NCBI GenBank assembly: GCA_038534015.1
Contig: JBCAXQ010000001.1
Coordinates: 30,572 to 94,571, forward strand
Direction: 5' to 3'
Length of the DNA: 64,000 nucleotides
Source of the DNA: Pseudomonadota bacterium
GTDB lineage: Bacteria > Pseudomonadota > Alphaproteobacteria > Sphingomonadales > Sphingomonadaceae
The notes under the pieces: model-generated
The model's input: the letters and a program-made list of their open reading frames with translations, nothing else
Told to the model about the DNA's origin: nothing
Databases searched by the model: none
Made by a program: the position numbers and the translations under genes
Shown here: in pieces, positions 60,446-64,000 of the stretch
Numbering within the stretch: the first letter of the stretch is position 1
Layout of the letters: each line of letters begins with the position of its first letter

Positions 60446-62220
60446 TGCCCCATCCCTTCGGCAATGACACCTATCGCTTCGGCTCGGCGACCTTTGCCGA
60501 GCCGAAGGAGATCGAGGCCGCGGGCTTCTACCGAAAGACGCCAACGGCACTCTACATCGGTCATCACAATGGTCGGCCGCTCTACTGGGACGGCATGGGC
60601 GGGGTGCTGATGACGGCCGGAGCGAGATCCGGCAAGCTGCGCGATATCCTCGCAGACAACGTCTGCTCCGGCACCTGCCAGGAGATGACCCTCATCATTC
60701 TGGATCCCAAGGGCGAACTGGCGGCGATCAGCCAGGATCAGACCGAGGACGACAAGTATTGTCTCTACTGGAACCCGTCGTCGCTGCATGGGCTTCCGGA
60801 ACACCGCATCAATCCTGTCGGGCATCTGCGCTGGTCGAGCCCGACGCTCGTATCCGACACCAAGCTCCTTATGGACCGGCTGCTGCCGAAGTCAGGCTCC
60901 GCCAACGCCCGCTACTTCGAGCTCAGCGCGCGCAGGGTGGGCGAGGCGCTGGCGCTCTCGCGCGCCGAGATCAATGGCGAGCTCACCCTGCCTGATCTCT
61001 ATGATGCCATCCTCGCGCTCCAGAGCGGTGGCGCGGCCTGGGAGGCGGTCGCGGAAGAGATGCGCGACTCCAGCGTCCCCGAATGCCGCGCCGTGGAAGC
61101 CGAGATCGCCTACGCTCAACAGGATTCCAGTGGGGGGTGGCGCGGGATCCAGGGCGAGCTGATGGCGGCTGTCGCCTGCCTCTCGGACCCCGAGTTGCGG
61201 GCCTCTGTCTCCGCTCCCTTCGATGCCAAGCTCGAAGACCTGCTGACCGCTGCCCGCTTCTACCAGTTCTATCTCATGTGCCCGGTCGACATGATCGAAG
61301 GCTGGGCACCGGTCCTGAAGGCGTTTCTGACGGGTCTGAAGACCCTGAAGCTGCGCAGGCCGGACGCGCCGCGGCAAACCTGGATCATCGACGAAGCGGC
61401 CCGCCTGAAAGGCTATGAGGAGATCCCAGCGCTCTTCACGGACGGGGCAGGCATCGGCATCCGCCCGTTGGTCGTGCTCCAGGACATCTCCCAGGCTAAC
61501 GATCTGGGGCCCAACGCTGAGCGCAAGATCTCATCGAGCGCCGCCGTGCAGATCTACTTCGGGATCCGTGATCTTACCTCCGCCAAGAGGGTCTCCGAGA
61601 TGTTGGGCAACGAGACGCTCAGCTTCGACGACCCACTCAAGCAAGGCCAGGCAGAGGTCGCCCTGCGTCAGGCCGTCGGCAAGCTCATGGGCGGGGCCGA
61701 TCCGTTCGAGACAGCCCTTGGTCTGCGCCAAACGCGCTACGAGACACGGCATCTGACCAAGCAACGCCGCTTGCTCAGGACGCCGGAAGAGGTGATCGCC
61801 ACGCCGCAAGACCGGCTCTACATCTTCGCGGACGGTCTCTCAGGCGCGATCTATGGCGAACGGGCGCCCTATTGGACGCGGCGTTCCATGGCCTATCGCT
61901 TCTTCCCGAACCCCTATCACCCGCCGCTCGACCACGTCGTCATCCAGACGCGGTGGGGCGCGAGAAAGCGCCCGGTTCTCGCCCGGAAAGTGCCCACAGA
62001 GCTCGAGGGCTACACGCAATATGCGGACGGCCTTCTGAGATACATCGGGAGACAGCCCAATGGGTGCTCATACAATCCGATCGCACGGTTCAGTGCTTGG
62101 CGACGATCTCGCCACGCGCGAGGGCATCGAGATCCAGGCTGTCGCCGAACCGGGCCTCGAACTCGGCCCGCAACTCCCGGCCACGCGTCTCCATCAGGAG
62201 TGTGTGGTCGTAGAGCGTGA
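60445..62220 (+). CDS. VirD4/TraG-like type IV coupling protein
   Basis: FGSA.FA, AGARSGK, ILDPKGEL, INP, IIDEAARL, LQDISQ, SEMLG.ET and RLLRTPEEV. Confidence 0.88.
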   Translation: MPHPFGNDTYRFGSATFAEPKEIEAAGFYRKTPTALYIGHHNGRPLYWDGMGGVLMTAGARSGKLRDILADNVCSGTCQEMTLIILDPKGELAAISQDQTEDDKYCLYWNPSSLHGLPEHRINPVGHLRWSSPTLVSDTKLLMDRLLPKSGSANARYFELSARRVGEALALSRAEINGELTLPDLYDAILALQSGGAAWEAVAEEMRDSSVPECRAVEAEIAYAQQDSSGGWRGIQGELMAAVACLSDPELRASVSAPFDAKLEDLLTAARFYQFYLMCPVDMIEGWAPVLKAFLTGLKTLKLRRPDAPRQTWIIDEAARLKGYEEIPALFTDGAGIGIRPLVVLQDISQANDLGPNAERKISSSAAVQIYFGIRDLTSAKRVSEMLGNETLSFDDPLKQGQAEVALRQAVGKLMGGADPFETALGLRQTRYETRHLTKQRRLLRTPEEVIATPQDRLYIFADGLSGAIYGERAPYWTRRSMAYRFFPNPYHPPLDHVVIQTRWGARKRPVLARKVPTELEGYTQYADGLLRYIGRQPNGCSYNPIARFSAWRRSRHARGHRDPGCRRTGPRTRPATPGHASPSGVCGRRA

Positions 62221-62377
62221 CAGGGTCGCCGTGCATCGCGGCCTCCTTGCTCATCTCAAGCAGCACGTAGGCGAGCGTGGCCTCCGAAAGCCCGCGGGCC
62301 CGCGTGCGCGCCATCAGCTCCGTCAGATCTCTGAGCAGATCTTGATGCAGGTCATCCAAATGAGGGTGTAGGGTCAT
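62090..62377 (-). CDS. Hypothetical small helical protein
   Basis: GGAG RBS before ATG 62377; overlaps the low-complexity tail of the coupling-protein ORF. Confidence 0.6.
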   Translation of the reverse strand: MTLHPHLDDLHQDLLRDLTELMARTRARGLSEATLAYVLLEMSKEAAMHGDPVTLYDHTLLMETRGRELRAEFEARFGDSLDLDALARGEIVAKH

Positions 62378-62873
62378 GTCGTTCTCCAATGATTTCGTTG
62401 ATAAATCTTCTTCTTCCATCGTACCGGAGTTCGCCGGTGCGACGCAAATTTCCGAGCGCGAACAGCTTCGGATCGACATCGCGGCCTTGGCCGATCCCAA
62501 CGCACGGGCAAACGCGGAAGGCCAATATGCCTACGCCGATGTGCAGACCCGGCAGATGCGCATCCACTATGCGCAGCGCGAGACCCGGTTCGTCGATGCC
62601 AACCTGAAGCTCGAACCGGAGATCTCGCTCACGATCGGGGACGACACACGATCGTATGAGCAAGAGGTCGAGAAGCTCCGCCGCGACTTTGCGCGCTCAC
62701 CGCATGGGCAGGCGCTGAGGGATTCCATCGTCCTGCGCGAGACCAATCTCTGGGACCGCGTCAAAGCCACTGTGGCGCGTGCCAAGCGTGAGGCCGACCG
62801 CAAGACCCCAGACAAGGCACCAACGCAGAAGCGGTCGCTCCGGCGCGCTTTCAAGCGGGCGCATGATCGCTAA
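62376..62873 (+). CDS. Hypothetical protein with a basic C-terminal tail
   Basis: Ends KRSLRRAFKRAHDR; no clear RBS, start uncertain. Confidence 0.55.
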   Translation: MSFSNDFVDKSSSSIVPEFAGATQISEREQLRIDIAALADPNARANAEGQYAYADVQTRQMRIHYAQRETRFVDANLKLEPEISLTIGDDTRSYEQEVEKLRRDFARSPHGQALRDSIVLRETNLWDRVKATVARAKREADRKTPDKAPTQKRSLRRAFKRAHDR

Positions 62874-62910
62874 GCTTATGGAAAACAACAATAAATTGCA
62901 TTCCCCACTT

Positions 62911-62936
62911 GTTCATGTTATGTTCACTGTTTGCTC
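62911..62936 (+). promoter_or_regulatory. Alphaproteobacterial LexA (SOS) box over a sigma70-like promoter
   Basis: GTTC-atgttat-GTTC-actgttt-GCTC; TTGCAT (62896)-N17-TATGTT (62919). Confidence 0.75.
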
Positions 62937-62997
62937 TGCTGCCGCACGGGGTCGGCATGGAGCGCTGTCAACCCAACCCCAGAAGAAAGGATCCAGT

Positions 62998-63327
62998 ATG
63001 GACCGCAACCAACCAACCGAGACCCTGAGAGATGGCTCGCTCAAAGCCACTGTCTGGGAGAACCGGAACGACAAGGGCGAGAGCTTCTTCTCCGTCACGC
63101 TCGCCAAGACCTACGAGGACCGCGACGGCAAGCTGAAGGACGGCCACTCGTTCTCCCAGAGTGACCTGCTGCGCATCGCGGAGCTTGCCCGCGAGGCGCA
63201 TGGCGTCGTCCGGGATATCCGCCGCGACCGCACCATCGAGGCCAAAGCAGATGCAGACCGCTCGCCGCCCCGGGAGGGACGGCAGAGCCGGTTTCGCAGA
63301 AACGCTCAGCCAGGTCTGGAACGCTGA
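62998..63327 (+). CDS. Hypothetical protein, possible ssDNA-binding (PC4/SsbA-like beta fold)
   Basis: AAGGA RBS; LKATVWEN.....FFSVTLAKTYED.DG.....SFS..DLL pattern. Confidence 0.65.
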   Translation: MDRNQPTETLRDGSLKATVWENRNDKGESFFSVTLAKTYEDRDGKLKDGHSFSQSDLLRIAELAREAHGVVRDIRRDRTIEAKADADRSPPREGRQSRFRRNAQPGLER

Positions 63328-63395
63328 AGCTGCCTGAGACGCGGCCCGGCATGCCCGGGCCGCGCCCTTCCTCACCACCCTCAACCCAAACCGAG

Positions 63396-63701
63396 ATGCC
63401 CATGAAGGACGACCCGACCCGAGACCAGAAAGACCGCGCCCTCAGCGGCGACCCCGACGCGCTGACCGCCGAGTATGGTGCGCACCTGAGCGACGACATA
63501 CTCGCCGACGATGAGGCCGCCACGGTGCTCGGCGCGCTGCTCTACATGATGACGATCTGGGTGGATGCCGGCTTCTCCGTGAAAGCTGGCGATAAGTTCA
63601 CCCCCACCTCTGAGACCGGCATGGATGATGTGCTAGATTACATGATCCCAGAAAAACCAGCGCCTGAAACACCGGCATCCCAACAAACCGACCAAGACTA
63701 A
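63396..63701 (+). CDS. Hypothetical acidic protein
   Basis: ORF between 62998 and the recombinase; its stop overlaps the recombinase RBS. Confidence 0.6.
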   Translation: MPMKDDPTRDQKDRALSGDPDALTAEYGAHLSDDILADDEAATVLGALLYMMTIWVDAGFSVKAGDKFTPTSETGMDDVLDYMIPEKPAPETPASQQTDQD

Positions 63702-63712
63702 GGAGATGCCAC

Positions 63713-64000
63713 GTGCGCGCACACCGATTGAACTCGACCGAGACCGACCCGACCAAAGCCGTCATTTACTGCCGGGTCTCCGACACAAAACAAAAGACCG
63801 AAGGCCACGGGCTCGAGAGCCAGGAATCGCGCTGCCGCGACTATGCCCGCACCAATGGCTATGAGGTTGCCGCCGTCTTCCCGGACGACGTGACCGGTGG
63901 CGGCGATTTCATGAAGCGCCCCGGCATGAAGGCGCTGCTCAGCTATCTGGACGCGCAGCCGACCCAGTCATTCGTCGTGATCTTCGATGATCTGAAGCGC
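63713..64000 (+). CDS. Serine recombinase (probably a large integrase type), truncated by the window end
   Basis: AAGGAG RBS, GTG 63713, AVIYCRVSD.KQ...GLESQE..CRDYA...KRPGM..LL...VVIFDDLKR. Not in the ORF track because it has no stop in the window. Confidence 0.88.
   Translation, partial: MRAHRLNSTETDPTKAVIYCRVSDTKQKTEGHGLESQESRCRDYARTNGYEVAAVFPDDVTGGGDFMKRPGMKALLSYLDAQPTQSFVVIFDDLKR

Overview
GC-rich accessory DNA, most likely from a Rhodobacteraceae-type alphaproteobacterium (inferred from gene content and a GTTC-N7-GTTC LexA box). It has no rRNA, tRNA, CRISPR array or core housekeeping genes. Blocks from left to right: (1) 0.4-10.1 kb, exported enzymes, LysR, a porin-like protein, patatin and an SDR. 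(2) 10.5-16.8 kb, a conjugative-element backbone remnant with ficA/ficT, a parB-like gene interrupted in antisense by a complete group II intron (12842-15117), ardA and long upstream hairpins. (3) 16.9-28.4 kb, defence and cargo modules: HigB-like plus HTH-IrrE genes divergent from yegP-hypothetical-Gabija, then an MBL nuclease and an IRED-like/LysR pair, separated by a 65-bp repeat family. (4) 28.5-44.7 kb, a detox-like cluster with three AraC paralogues and a shared upstream motif. (5) 45.6-49.9 kb, secreted proteins, one frameshifted. (6) 50-64 kb, a mobilisable-element-like block: candidate MOBP oriT fused to 4x28-bp repeats, an NTPase-Sel1 protein, a resolvase, a VirD4-like coupling-protein cluster without a relaxase, and a LexA-boxed operon ending in a serine recombinase cut by the window edge. 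The best candidates for undescribed biology are the 65-bp cassette-delimiting repeats, the operator-controlled HTH-IrrE/YegP/Gabija locus, the nic-bounded tandem repeat and the intron's codon-wobble-tolerant target recognition. All calls come from motif reading by eye; no searches were run.
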